Below, one piece after another: positions 23,305 to 32,000 of a stretch of DNA of 32,000 nt; position 1 is the first letter of the stretch; the number at the start of each line of letters is the position of its first letter. The notes under the pieces are model-generated. The model worked only from the letters and a program-made list of their open reading frames with translations, ran no database searches and was not told where the DNA came from. The stretch comes from Candidatus Babelota bacterium (GTDB lineage Bacteria > Babelota > Babeliae > Babelales > Vermiphilaceae): assembly GCA_039809905.1 (NCBI GenBank), contig JBDHVY010000001.1, forward strand, positions 900,001 to 932,000. Reading direction: 5' to 3'. The position numbers and the translations under genes were made by a program.

Positions 23305-24768
23305 CTAGCTCGCTATTGTTTTTAAATTTTTAGACAATTCAAGAAGAGCTTTTTCATCAATAGTTGATAATATGATTTTTGTTTTTGTAGGAATTTCTCC
23401 ATAGCCACCTAATGCATGGTTGTATCCAAAAAAAGGCGTTTGATTTATGTGTAAGATTGAAGGTGAATTTGAATCTGCTATTGCACTTTGGCATTCGCCC
23501 AAATCAGTAATTTTATTGCCTTGTGTATCAAAAATATATGATTTTCTTCCTTGAATAAGAAGAAAATCATTGTTGATGAACTGTATAGTATTTATCTTTT
23601 GATTAAAATCTTTACGTATCGCAGTCATCTTTGTATTAATCGATGATAAATCAAAAAATATGATACTTGATCGAGTTCGTGCTTCAGAGTAATCATAATG
23701 AGCAATAAGACCACTAGATTTTTGGTTTGTAATCAAATTTTTAAGTATTGCACCAATTGCAGGAATTTTATCATTTTTTAATGTATATGATCCTATTTTA
23801 TTATAACGATTATCCAGCATACTAAATGAATCATTCGTATATTGGTGAGCAATGATTTGTTTCCAATGTATTGGCAAAATGTTGATTTTACTTGAATCAT
23901 ATATATCCGTTATTATAGTTCTTAAGGGAACTATGTCATAAGGACTTGTCATTTCCAATAGCTCAATTTCCTTATTGGATTGTAACGTTATAAGAGATTT
24001 ATTGACGTACATGTTTGTATATTTTTTGGTAAGAGGATGGCTTAGTAGAATATTGTAAGGAAGCTTTTGTTTTATTAATGATTTACCATCTTTTGATATG
24101 TAAAGAATATGTTGATCGGCACCGAGGTCTTTTGAACCAGAACAAAAAGCCCAAACATCACTCATATTATTACTTCCTTGCGGTATCTCATGGAGAGTAT
24201 CAAGATGATGACTATAATCTAAAACGAGGGTAGTATTTTCATAATTTTCTTTGACAAAACTATATGCAATGAATTGACCATTTGAACTGGTTCCAAGTTT
24301 CATATTCGCTTTTATCAGAGTATCATTACATAAAGGTATTTCTCGGTTATGCGTGAGAGAATATAAAAATGCAGGAAGATAATCACGGTCAAGACGTGTT
24401 TTTGTGTAAAAAATCACATAGCTATTACGTGGATCGAATTGCCAGTGATTTGCATAGAATTGAAATGTCTTAATAATTTTCTTATCTGGTGAATGCCATA
24501 CATTAATTTGTGACTGATTAAGAGTTGTTGAAACATTCTCTATAAAATATTTTCCATTGGGACTGTATAATGCCTGTACACCAAAAGTTGTATTATCACT
24601 AGTTTTTTTAATCTGTTCTTGCGTGATACATCCTTGCAATAACTTTTTAAGACATATTTTTTGTAAATCCCTAGCGGGTTTTTGGCAAGAATTTTGAGCT
24701 GGTTCATCCATAGAAAATGTAACGAAAGATATACTCAACGCAAGAGCGCTGAGGAAAAGATATTTCAT
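23305..24768 (-). CDS. secreted repeat protein, paralog family member (487 aa)
   Basis: The signal peptide is MKYLFLSALALSISFVTFS. The shared blocks are YFIENVSTTLNQSQINVWHSPDKKIIKTFQFYANHWQFDPRNSYVIF and IGSYTLKN...LIQGRKSYIFDTQGNKITDLGECQS. SD AAAGGAAAG is present. Confidence 0.8.
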   Translation of the reverse strand: MKYLFLSALALSISFVTFSMDEPAQNSCQKPARDLQKICLKKLLQGCITQEQIKKTSDNTTFGVQALYSPNGKYFIENVSTTLNQSQINVWHSPDKKIIKTFQFYANHWQFDPRNSYVIFYTKTRLDRDYLPAFLYSLTHNREIPLCNDTLIKANMKLGTSSNGQFIAYSFVKENYENTTLVLDYSHHLDTLHEIPQGSNNMSDVWAFCSGSKDLGADQHILYISKDGKSLIKQKLPYNILLSHPLTKKYTNMYVNKSLITLQSNKEIELLEMTSPYDIVPLRTIITDIYDSSKINILPIHWKQIIAHQYTNDSFSMLDNRYNKIGSYTLKNDKIPAIGAILKNLITNQKSSGLIAHYDYSEARTRSSIIFFDLSSINTKMTAIRKDFNQKINTIQFINNDFLLIQGRKSYIFDTQGNKITDLGECQSAIADSNSPSILHINQTPFFGYNHALGGYGEIPTKTKIILSTIDEKALLELSKNLKTIAS

Positions 24769-24845
24769 GAAGCTTTCCTTTTTATTGAATAGATTTTAGG
24801 CGGTGGAAATTATAGCATTTTGAATGAAAAAGAAAAGAAATAATT

Positions 24846-24882
24846 AAAAAGAGAAGCACTGCAAGCAGCGCTTCTCTTTTTT
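24846..24882. terminator. rho-independent terminator (bidirectional architecture) after the large collagen-like gene
   Basis: AAAAA, stem AGAGAAGCACTGC, loop AA, stem GCAGCGCTTCTCT, then TTTTT. The stem is 13 bp with one A/C mismatch. Confidence 0.75.
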
Positions 24883-24913
24883 AATCGCAAGATAAGCAAT
24901 GTGGAATTAAATC

Positions 24914-26455
<1,542 letters not shown>

Positions 26456-26497
26456 TTACTGCTGTTTTATGCAAGAAAAAGTTGTGATAATGCATCT

Positions 26498-27283
26498 TTA
26501 ATGCATAAGTAAATAATGAAATACATGATTTTGAATAAAAATAAAGATGAGTGCACCAAGTGCAAGAAATGGTCCAAACGGGATTTTAGTATTTTGTATA
26601 TCATGATGGAAAGATCTATTTTTCTGCGCAAAAAGAATAGTTAGTATGCCATATAGTGAACCAATGATGGAACCTATTGTAATACTTATCCAGCAACCAA
26701 TGAATCCGGTAAATGATCCAATAAATACAAGGAGATCAAAATCACCTTCACCAATGCCATCAATGTTGCGCAAATATTTAAAAACAGTACTGATAATGCG
26801 TAAAAAAAGATACCCGAATAATGCGCCACAGATACTTTCTTGAATAGATAATGGTAAAAAACCGTAAATACTCAATACCATGCCAACAGGAACAAGGGAA
26901 ATTGTTGCATGACGTAAAATGAGCATTGTTTCTATATCAGATCTTATTGTTACAATTAATGCTGAACAAAATATAAAGTAGCCAAAAAAATAATGAAGCG
27001 GAATGTAAAGATATACTAATGAAAGAATAACTGCAGTCAACATTTCAATAAAAGGATATAAAAAAGAAATAGGTTTTTTGCACGTTCGGCATTTGCCATA
27101 TAATAACAACCAAGAAATAACAGGAATGTTATCGTACCATGCAATAGACGTATGACATTTTGGGCATGATGACGGAGGCATTACGATTGATTCCCCTCGT
27201 ATGAGACGATATGCCAAAACATTTAAAAATGAACCCCAGCAGAGAAAGAATGGAATTAAAAAGTAGTACGGAATATCATACAA
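26498..27283 (-). CDS. pilD: type IV prepilin peptidase / N-methyltransferase (A24 family)
   Basis: The four-Cys motif is CPKCHTSIAWYDNIPVISWLLLYGKCRTCKKPI. Catalytic Asp contexts are IRSDIETM and GIGEGDFDLLVFIG (GxGDxKL-like), and the protein is polytopic. It has a TTG start at 27283, 1 nt after the rbfA stop. Confidence 0.9.
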   Translation of the reverse strand: MYDIPYYFLIPFFLCWGSFLNVLAYRLIRGESIVMPPSSCPKCHTSIAWYDNIPVISWLLLYGKCRTCKKPISFLYPFIEMLTAVILSLVYLYIPLHYFFGYFIFCSALIVTIRSDIETMLILRHATISLVPVGMVLSIYGFLPLSIQESICGALFGYLFLRIISTVFKYLRNIDGIGEGDFDLLVFIGSFTGFIGCWISITIGSIIGSLYGILTILFAQKNRSFHHDIQNTKIPFGPFLALGALIFIFIQNHVFHYLLMH

Positions 27284-27284
27284 C

Positions 27285-27653
27285 TTACAATTTCCCTTCT
27301 TCTTTTAATTTATCAAGAAGGCGATTAATTTTTTCAACTTTTTCTTGATCTTCATCATAGCGGAAAACCAGATTTGGCGTATAGCGACCACGAGATGTTT
27401 TTGCTAATGCTGTGCGTAGAGATGGTTTATAGAGGATGAGTATGGGTAATTTTTCTTCAAATTCAGATCTGCCATTAGCTGCAAGAAATAAAACAGTACA
27501 CAATCCACCTTCAGGTGAAAGAGTTACCTTATTAATAAATAATCCAGATAAACGAGGATCATCCATAGTAATCTGGAGAAAAAACTGAGAAAGTTCTTTG
27601 AAATAATAAGATTCTTTTTGTGCTCTTTTTATTTCTTGCTGTTGTTTGCTCAT
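27285..27653 (-). CDS. rbfA: ribosome-binding factor A
   Basis: 122 aa. The motifs DDPRLSGLFINKVTLSPEGGLCTVLF and RYTPNLVFRYDEDQEKVEKINRLL match the RbfA pattern (DPRL...V.vS.D...a.V.f...P.L.F.yD). It starts 5 nt after the rpsU stop. Confidence 0.8.
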   Translation of the reverse strand: MSKQQQEIKRAQKESYYFKELSQFFLQITMDDPRLSGLFINKVTLSPEGGLCTVLFLAANGRSEFEEKLPILILYKPSLRTALAKTSRGRYTPNLVFRYDEDQEKVEKINRLLDKLKEEGKL

Positions 27654-27658
27654 GGGTA

Positions 27659-27877
27659 TTAATCTTTAGGTGCAGTGCCGTTAGTAATCATGCGCATCAT
27701 ATTTTGTTTGATAGCACGAACAAGGCGTTTTCTTCTTTTTTGTGTTGTTGATTCAAAGTAAACAGTACGTTTCATATCGCGTACGATACCTTCACGTTCG
27801 ATTTTCTTCTTTAATTGTCTGAGAGCTTTATCGATATGTCCACTAACAGAAATTTCGATATTTGATCGTTTTGACAT
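27659..27877 (-). CDS. rpsU: 30S ribosomal protein S21
   Basis: MSKRSNIEISVSGHIDKALRQLKKKIEREGIVRDMKRTVYFESTTQKRRKRLVRAIKQ fits S21. The ORF track start at 27913 adds 12 non-conserved residues, so ATG 27877 is preferred. Confidence 0.88.
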   Translation of the reverse strand: MSKRSNIEISVSGHIDKALRQLKKKIEREGIVRDMKRTVYFESTTQKRRKRLVRAIKQNMMRMITNGTAPKD

Positions 27878-27990
27878 GGGAAAACAACTAACCTTTCGAT
27901 GTAAATTAAACATTCTTTATTATAATACCTAACTTTGGGCTTACTGTCCAGAGAGTGCATGTAATTTAAAAAGCATTATTATTTTGGGGT

Positions 27991-28020
27991 CCCCATGTAG
28001 AATGTAATGTAAACATGGGG
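27991..28020 (-). terminator. GC-rich hairpin downstream of the outer-membrane-protein gene (non-canonical terminator candidate)
   Basis: CCCCATGT, 14 nt, ACATGGGG, located 5 nt after the stop at 28026. On the minus strand it is followed by ACCCCAAAAUAAUAAUGCUUUUU, so there is no immediate U-run. Confidence 0.3.
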
Positions 28021-28025
28021 TTAAG

Positions 28026-29552
28026 CTAAAATGTCACATTCAGGCCTGCCATAATAGTGGAACTGCGGTAGGCATTTCGTTGTGAAAAGGGGATTTGCCA
28101 CAATAGGCCAAGGTTGAAATTGGGTGAAAAATCGTAATTGAGGGCGATATTTCCCAATTTTACTTTAAAGCTTGATTGGCATTCAAGGACACCTGGTACA
28201 AATGCAGGGTCTGCTACTACAAGATCAATATGATCTGATTGGTGATCAAGAACATACCACTCAAAATGCATAGAAAGACGATCAAGGAAATGATAAGCAG
28301 CAAGGCGAGCGCAAAAGTACCAGTTTTCTCCGGGATGAATTAATACATCAGTTGAGAAAGGAAAGAGGTTGTTCTGAAATTTGTTAGTAGGGACTGGGTA
28401 ATTACAATACTCTCTTTTGAAAAAGTGAGTAAAGCCGACTTCTCCGCCTATTTCTATAGTCTCTATGAAATCAAGGTTGATTCCAGCAGTCATACCAAAG
28501 CTCTTATGGCCATTGTTTCCAAATGGAGCTGCAAAGAAGTTTCTTCCATCATCTTTTTTGACCGGTGAAATGCTTCCGGAAATTTGGAAATAAGGGATTG
28601 CTAAAAAGCGTGCCCATGCACTTTCTGCTTCTTCATTTACGGGAAAAAAGTCTCGCCAGAAGAGATTAAAACGAAGGTCCTCGAGTGATGTTTCTATAAA
28701 ATCGTTACAAAAGCCAATCTTGAGTTGATCAGTTATGACTCCAATTCGATCCATAAGGAAATCATTTACATTATCTTTATTAATACCAGGAGTTCCCTCA
28801 TCGGTTTCGTTTTGAGGCACAAATGTTGCAGCATCAGTTAAATTGAGAGTTTCTTCGTGTACTTGTCGAATGGTGCTAAATCCACCTTGTATGCGTAGTC
28901 CAAACCCGCCCCACAGCAATCCGCTTGTTTCTATTCGCAATCCGCGCTTTCTGTATTTAATGGGAAAGGAGAAAAAGCCGTATCTTTCTTGAGGGTCTAT
29001 ATTGGCTTCATTATTAAGGCCTAGTCGTTCCTGAGTTCCCACAGGATCTATGGGAAATAGTGCATCGAGAGCGGTTTGTAAAATCGGAACGAGAGTTTGT
29101 CCTTGAGGATACAGGGTGTTGGTATTCAGGGCGCCATTATTATAAAGTAGCGCAAGCATGTCTGTTCTGCCGGTAAGATCGCCAAGAGGCGCATCTACCC
29201 GTGTTGGACAAGAATCTGGATTAGGAATGGGACTGGCAGCGCATTGAGAACCTTTGATGGTTTTTCCTCGATCAGCATTTTGCGCAAAAGGAGAAATAGA
29301 AATATTTATGTGGTCTCTTTTTTTATCTGCCCATTCATAATCCCATCCATTTAATGCATCAAATTTGTAGAGTAGTTGTTCACGCGTAAGAAGCAATGCA
29401 TCATCAAGATTAAGTGTTGTGAACATAGGAATGGGGTCATTTTTTGCAAGACTTGTTAGATCAGCATGAAGAAATGTATGAAGCATGCTGAGCATGGAGA
29501 CAATTGATAATAAGAGAAAACCAGATATTTTTTTTTGTTTATCGCGAAGCAT
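28026..29552 (-). CDS. outer-membrane beta-barrel protein (porin/OMP-like)
   Basis: The signal peptide is MLRDKQKKISGFLLLSIVSMLSMLHTFLHA. The sequence has alternating amphipathic strands rich in G/F/Y/N and a C-terminal beta-signal ending ...IMAGLNVTF (terminal Phe). SD AAAGGAA is present. Confidence 0.7.
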   Translation of the reverse strand: MLRDKQKKISGFLLLSIVSMLSMLHTFLHADLTSLAKNDPIPMFTTLNLDDALLLTREQLLYKFDALNGWDYEWADKKRDHINISISPFAQNADRGKTIKGSQCAASPIPNPDSCPTRVDAPLGDLTGRTDMLALLYNNGALNTNTLYPQGQTLVPILQTALDALFPIDPVGTQERLGLNNEANIDPQERYGFFSFPIKYRKRGLRIETSGLLWGGFGLRIQGGFSTIRQVHEETLNLTDAATFVPQNETDEGTPGINKDNVNDFLMDRIGVITDQLKIGFCNDFIETSLEDLRFNLFWRDFFPVNEEAESAWARFLAIPYFQISGSISPVKKDDGRNFFAAPFGNNGHKSFGMTAGINLDFIETIEIGGEVGFTHFFKREYCNYPVPTNKFQNNLFPFSTDVLIHPGENWYFCARLAAYHFLDRLSMHFEWYVLDHQSDHIDLVVADPAFVPGVLECQSSFKVKLGNIALNYDFSPNFNLGLLWQIPFSQRNAYRSSTIMAGLNVTF

Positions 29553-29664
29553 ACTATTCCTTTTTTTTGTTTTTCATAAACAAATCATCTATTTATAGCA
29601 TTGTTTGTGCGGCTCAGTCAAATAAAGGAAGTAAGTTAACAATGTATAGCCTAAACTTTACACA

Positions 29665-29693
29665 TTGCGTTACCAGAAGGAAAGAGATAAAAT
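29665..29693 (+). promoter_or_regulatory. sigma70-type promoter candidate
   Basis: TTGCGT (29665-29670), a 17-nt spacer and TAAAAT (29688-29693), about 45 nt upstream of ATG 29740. If real, the TTG start used by the ORF track (29665) is not translated. Confidence 0.35.
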
Positions 29694-29739
29694 AAAAATA
29701 TACTCAAATTATTTTTTTATTTGCTCTAGCGATAACTTT

Positions 29740-30012
29740 ATGACTAATTCTAATCTATTATATTGTTCATACTATCAAGCTCAGGTGGAGCGTGAATTGT
29801 GCTGGTTTGTTACGGCGAGTTTGCGTAGTTATGAACATGTTTCATTCGATCGCACGCTTGATCCTGCAACAAGTTTATTTGAATTTTTTGTACCCGAATC
29901 TACGGAAGAATATTTTTTAGAAATTATGGCGTATTTTGAATCACAGAATTTGATTTTTAATTTGAAAAAGTTGCCTAATCGTTTGGAAGATGTTTCAGCG
30001 GATGAGATTTGA
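29740..30012 (+). CDS. small conserved-looking hypothetical protein (90 aa)
   Basis: MTNSNLLYCSYYQAQVERELCWFVTASLRSYEHVSFDRTLDPATSLFEFFVPESTEEYFLEIMAYFESQNLI has a non-low-complexity, globular composition. I could not assign a family. The start is chosen at the first ATG downstream of the promoter candidate. Confidence 0.55.
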   Translation: MTNSNLLYCSYYQAQVERELCWFVTASLRSYEHVSFDRTLDPATSLFEFFVPESTEEYFLEIMAYFESQNLIFNLKKLPNRLEDVSADEI

Positions 30013-30036
30013 GAGCAGATTAAATTTTTAAGAATT

Positions 30037-30069
30037 AAAAAAATCCCCAATGTTGTTGGGGATTTTCTT
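30037..30069. terminator. bidirectional rho-independent terminator
   Basis: A-run, stem AATCCCCAA (30042-30050), loop TGTTG, stem TTGGGGATT (30056-30064), then TT. It lies between convergent stops at 30012 (+) and 30082 (-). Confidence 0.8.
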
Positions 30070-30081
30070 AGTTCTTATTTC

Positions 30082-31524
30082 TTAATCAATCAATGCCACT
30101 ATTTTGTCGGTTCTTCTCAATGCCTCTTGACCCCCAAGCATATCAATAAGTTCAGCAATTCCTGGCCCATTCGTTTTGCCTATCATGGCAAGTCTTAAGA
30201 ACCAAAATAATTCCTTCAACGGAAGATTATTATTTTTTGCTGCTAATTTTATGGCAGGTGTAAATTCTGCTGCATTTGAGAGCAAAAGATTTTTATGTTC
30301 ATCGATTATTTTTATTAATGTTTCATACGTACTTGTAGGAATAGATGCTTCAATGTTGGCGCGTGTTATATTTGGTGCAATAAAATAAAATTCAAGAGCT
30401 GAAATAGCATCATGTGTTGTAGTTAGCTCGGATTTAATTGTTTGCAATAATGTTGTTAATGTTGCATCATCAATGGTTTTTACTGATTCGTACGCAGTTT
30501 CAAGATAAGGACGACATTGAGCAGTAAGCTTATTGGGATCATAATTCATAATCCATTGTTTATTGACCCATTTTAATTTTTCAACATCGTACGTAATGCG
30601 TCCGGATGAATGAAGATTATCAAAATTAAAAGCTTGTGCTAATACATCTAGTGGCATGATTTCATCTTTAAATGATGCCCCAATAATAGAAACGTAATTG
30701 GCAACAGCTTCTGGTAAAAATCCTGCATCTTTTAAATCTCGTAGTGAAAATCCAAAATCACGTTTGGAAAGTTTTTTGCCTTCAAGGTTACATAAAATGG
30801 GCAAATGCCAGTAGGTGGCAAGTGGTGCATTAACTGCATGGAAAAGAGCTGCTTGATTTGCAGTATTTGATAAATGATCTTCTCCGCGGAAAATATGAGT
30901 GATCTTCATAAGTAGATCATCAACAAAGTTTGCAAAAATAAAGGTAAAGCTTCCATCTTGACGAGTAATGGCAAAATCAGAAAAATTACTCATGTCAAAA
31001 GTAATGTTTCCTCTGGCTAGGTCATGGATAGTTAAAGAAAGATTATGATCACATTTAAATCGCCAAATAAACGGAACTTTGTCTGCAAGCAAACGATCAA
31101 TTTCTGTCTGTGGTAATATCATACAGGTACGATCATAGCGTGGAGGTAGTTTTAAAGCTTGTTGACGCAACCGTTTTTTTTCTAAATCTTCTTCGGTGCA
31201 AAAACAACGATAAATAGTATTTTTTTGTATAAGCTCTTCAAGTTGCTTTTGATATAAGGAAGTACGTTCGGATTGGTAGTACGGTGCATATGGGCCGCCA
31301 ACATGAGGGCCTTCGTTATATGAAAGTTGTAACCATGCAAGGTCTTCTAAAATTTTTTGTGCGTTGGGATCAAACATGCGCTGAGCATCAGTATCTTCGA
31401 TTCGTAAAATAAAAATACCTTCTTTTTGTCGAGAAAAAAGATAATTGATGAGTGCTGCACGAACATTGCCTAAATGCATCATGCCAGTGGGGGATGGAGC
31501 AAAGCGCACACGAACTTTTTGCAT
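30082..31524 (-). CDS. gltX: glutamyl-tRNA synthetase
   Basis: VRVRFAPSPTGMMHLGNVRAALINYLF carries the class I HIGH motif as HLGN. Also present are RIEDTD, FRGEDHLSNT and KLSKR (KMSKS). ATG 31524 (MQKVRVRF...) is preferred over ORF start 31569 because AAGGAA lies 7 nt upstream and the extra 15 aa are atypical. Confidence 0.93.
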   Translation of the reverse strand: MQKVRVRFAPSPTGMMHLGNVRAALINYLFSRQKEGIFILRIEDTDAQRMFDPNAQKILEDLAWLQLSYNEGPHVGGPYAPYYQSERTSLYQKQLEELIQKNTIYRCFCTEEDLEKKRLRQQALKLPPRYDRTCMILPQTEIDRLLADKVPFIWRFKCDHNLSLTIHDLARGNITFDMSNFSDFAITRQDGSFTFIFANFVDDLLMKITHIFRGEDHLSNTANQAALFHAVNAPLATYWHLPILCNLEGKKLSKRDFGFSLRDLKDAGFLPEAVANYVSIIGASFKDEIMPLDVLAQAFNFDNLHSSGRITYDVEKLKWVNKQWIMNYDPNKLTAQCRPYLETAYESVKTIDDATLTTLLQTIKSELTTTHDAISALEFYFIAPNITRANIEASIPTSTYETLIKIIDEHKNLLLSNAAEFTPAIKLAAKNNNLPLKELFWFLRLAMIGKTNGPGIAELIDMLGGQEALRRTDKIVALID

Positions 31525-31810
31525 TGTTTGATTCCTTATTGTATGACTATTTTCTTTAAGTTTACTCATCTATGGGTCAAAGTCCAGGGACGATGATTTT
31601 TGCTTCAATTTTTAATACCATTTCCTGTTTTTCTGCAAAGGGGCGCGCAATTTATCCCCAATCAATCTACGATACTCTTTAATCGAGATCACCCCATACA
31701 AGAGAACGAAGAATGGAGTCAAAATAGACATTGGGGGTTATAAAAGCTTTGACATATAGAGTGGTGATTTGTTATTTTTTCGAAAAGTTTTACTAAAAAA
31801 GGGTAAAGTA

Positions 31811-32000
31811 ATGAAGAAGTGTCTCAAAATAACGCTAACATCCAAAATGCCGGATGTAAAATTTCGCGATGCTATACAATCAACAGCGCGAAATCTTGAT
31901 TTAGAAGGAACAGTTCAATATCTTGAGCCTCATGAAATTGTGATTATAGCTTGTGGTTCAAAAAATAATATAGATGCTTTTCTTGATAATCTTCATGAAG
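31811..32000 (+). CDS. partial CDS (N-terminal 63 codons, runs off the window); acylphosphatase-like fold suspected
   Basis: ATG 31811 is preceded by AAAAAAGGG. MKKCLKITLTSKMPDVKFRDAIQSTARNLDLEGTVQYLEPHEIVIIACGSKNNIDAFLDNLHE follows the acylphosphatase-like pattern (V.FR....A..L.L.G.V......V.I...G....ID.F...L). It lacks the QGVGFR phosphate loop. Confidence 0.45.
   Translation, partial: MKKCLKITLTSKMPDVKFRDAIQSTARNLDLEGTVQYLEPHEIVIIACGSKNNIDAFLDNLHE

Noticed and set aside
29504-29695. 63-aa ORF (+) overlapping the OMP gene start and the intergenic region, together with the TTG-initiated 5' extension (29665..29739) of the 29740 gene.
   Set aside because: It overlaps the OMP start in antisense, and the extension coincides with a promoter-like TTGCGT-17 nt-TAAAAT element. 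The peptides are F/I/K/Y-rich, as expected from AT-rich spacer.
31525-31810. The long (~290-nt) region upstream of gltX was examined for a T-box leader, a tRNA or a small ORF. It contains a 37-codon ATG ORF at 31572.
   Set aside because: I found no T-box (AGGGUGGNACCGCG-like) sequence, no specifier-loop architecture and no cloverleaf. The small ORF has no SD. It remains unexplained spacer and may hold divergent promoters, for example a TTGACA box around 31749.

Overview
AT-rich, very gene-dense bacterial chromosomal window: roughly nine-tenths is coding, several convergent genes abut or overlap, and I saw no rRNA, tRNA, CRISPR array, transposase or integrase. Recognisable housekeeping genes are an acyl-CoA ligase 3' fragment, a PDZ-less RseP-like protease, a cysteine-synthase-family PLP enzyme, a folC-like Mur-ligase gene, F-type ATP synthase subunits a and c, tsaC, pilD, rbfA, rpsU and gltX. 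Interleaved with these is a high density of signal-peptide-bearing or eukaryote-like proteins. They include a secreted Gln/Arg/Glu-rich protein ending in a J-domain (HPD), an ankyrin-repeat protein, an F-box-like motif protein, and a Skp1/BTB-like domain fused to one member of a three-gene paralog family. There are also two collagen-like (G-X-Y) proteins, a Myxococcus-PilA-like type IV pilin, and a 1610-aa toxin/adhesin-like giant with a C-terminal His/Cys domain. By inference this content fits an obligately host-associated, amoeba-symbiont-like lineage such as Dependentiae/TM6, Legionellales-like or Chlamydiae-like; this cannot be proven from the window. The three strongest candidates for something undescribed follow. 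(1) An Fo-only operon whose c subunit is a single 321-aa polypeptide of four fused hairpins, with carrier residues E, Q, E, E. (2) An approximately 9-kb surface/host-interaction locus (18.1-27.3 kb) combining pilin, prepilin peptidase, two collagen-like proteins and three paralogous secreted repeat proteins. (3) The giant protein, which has no signal peptide, no partner transporter and no immunity gene. All functional calls rest on motif reading by eye, without database searches.
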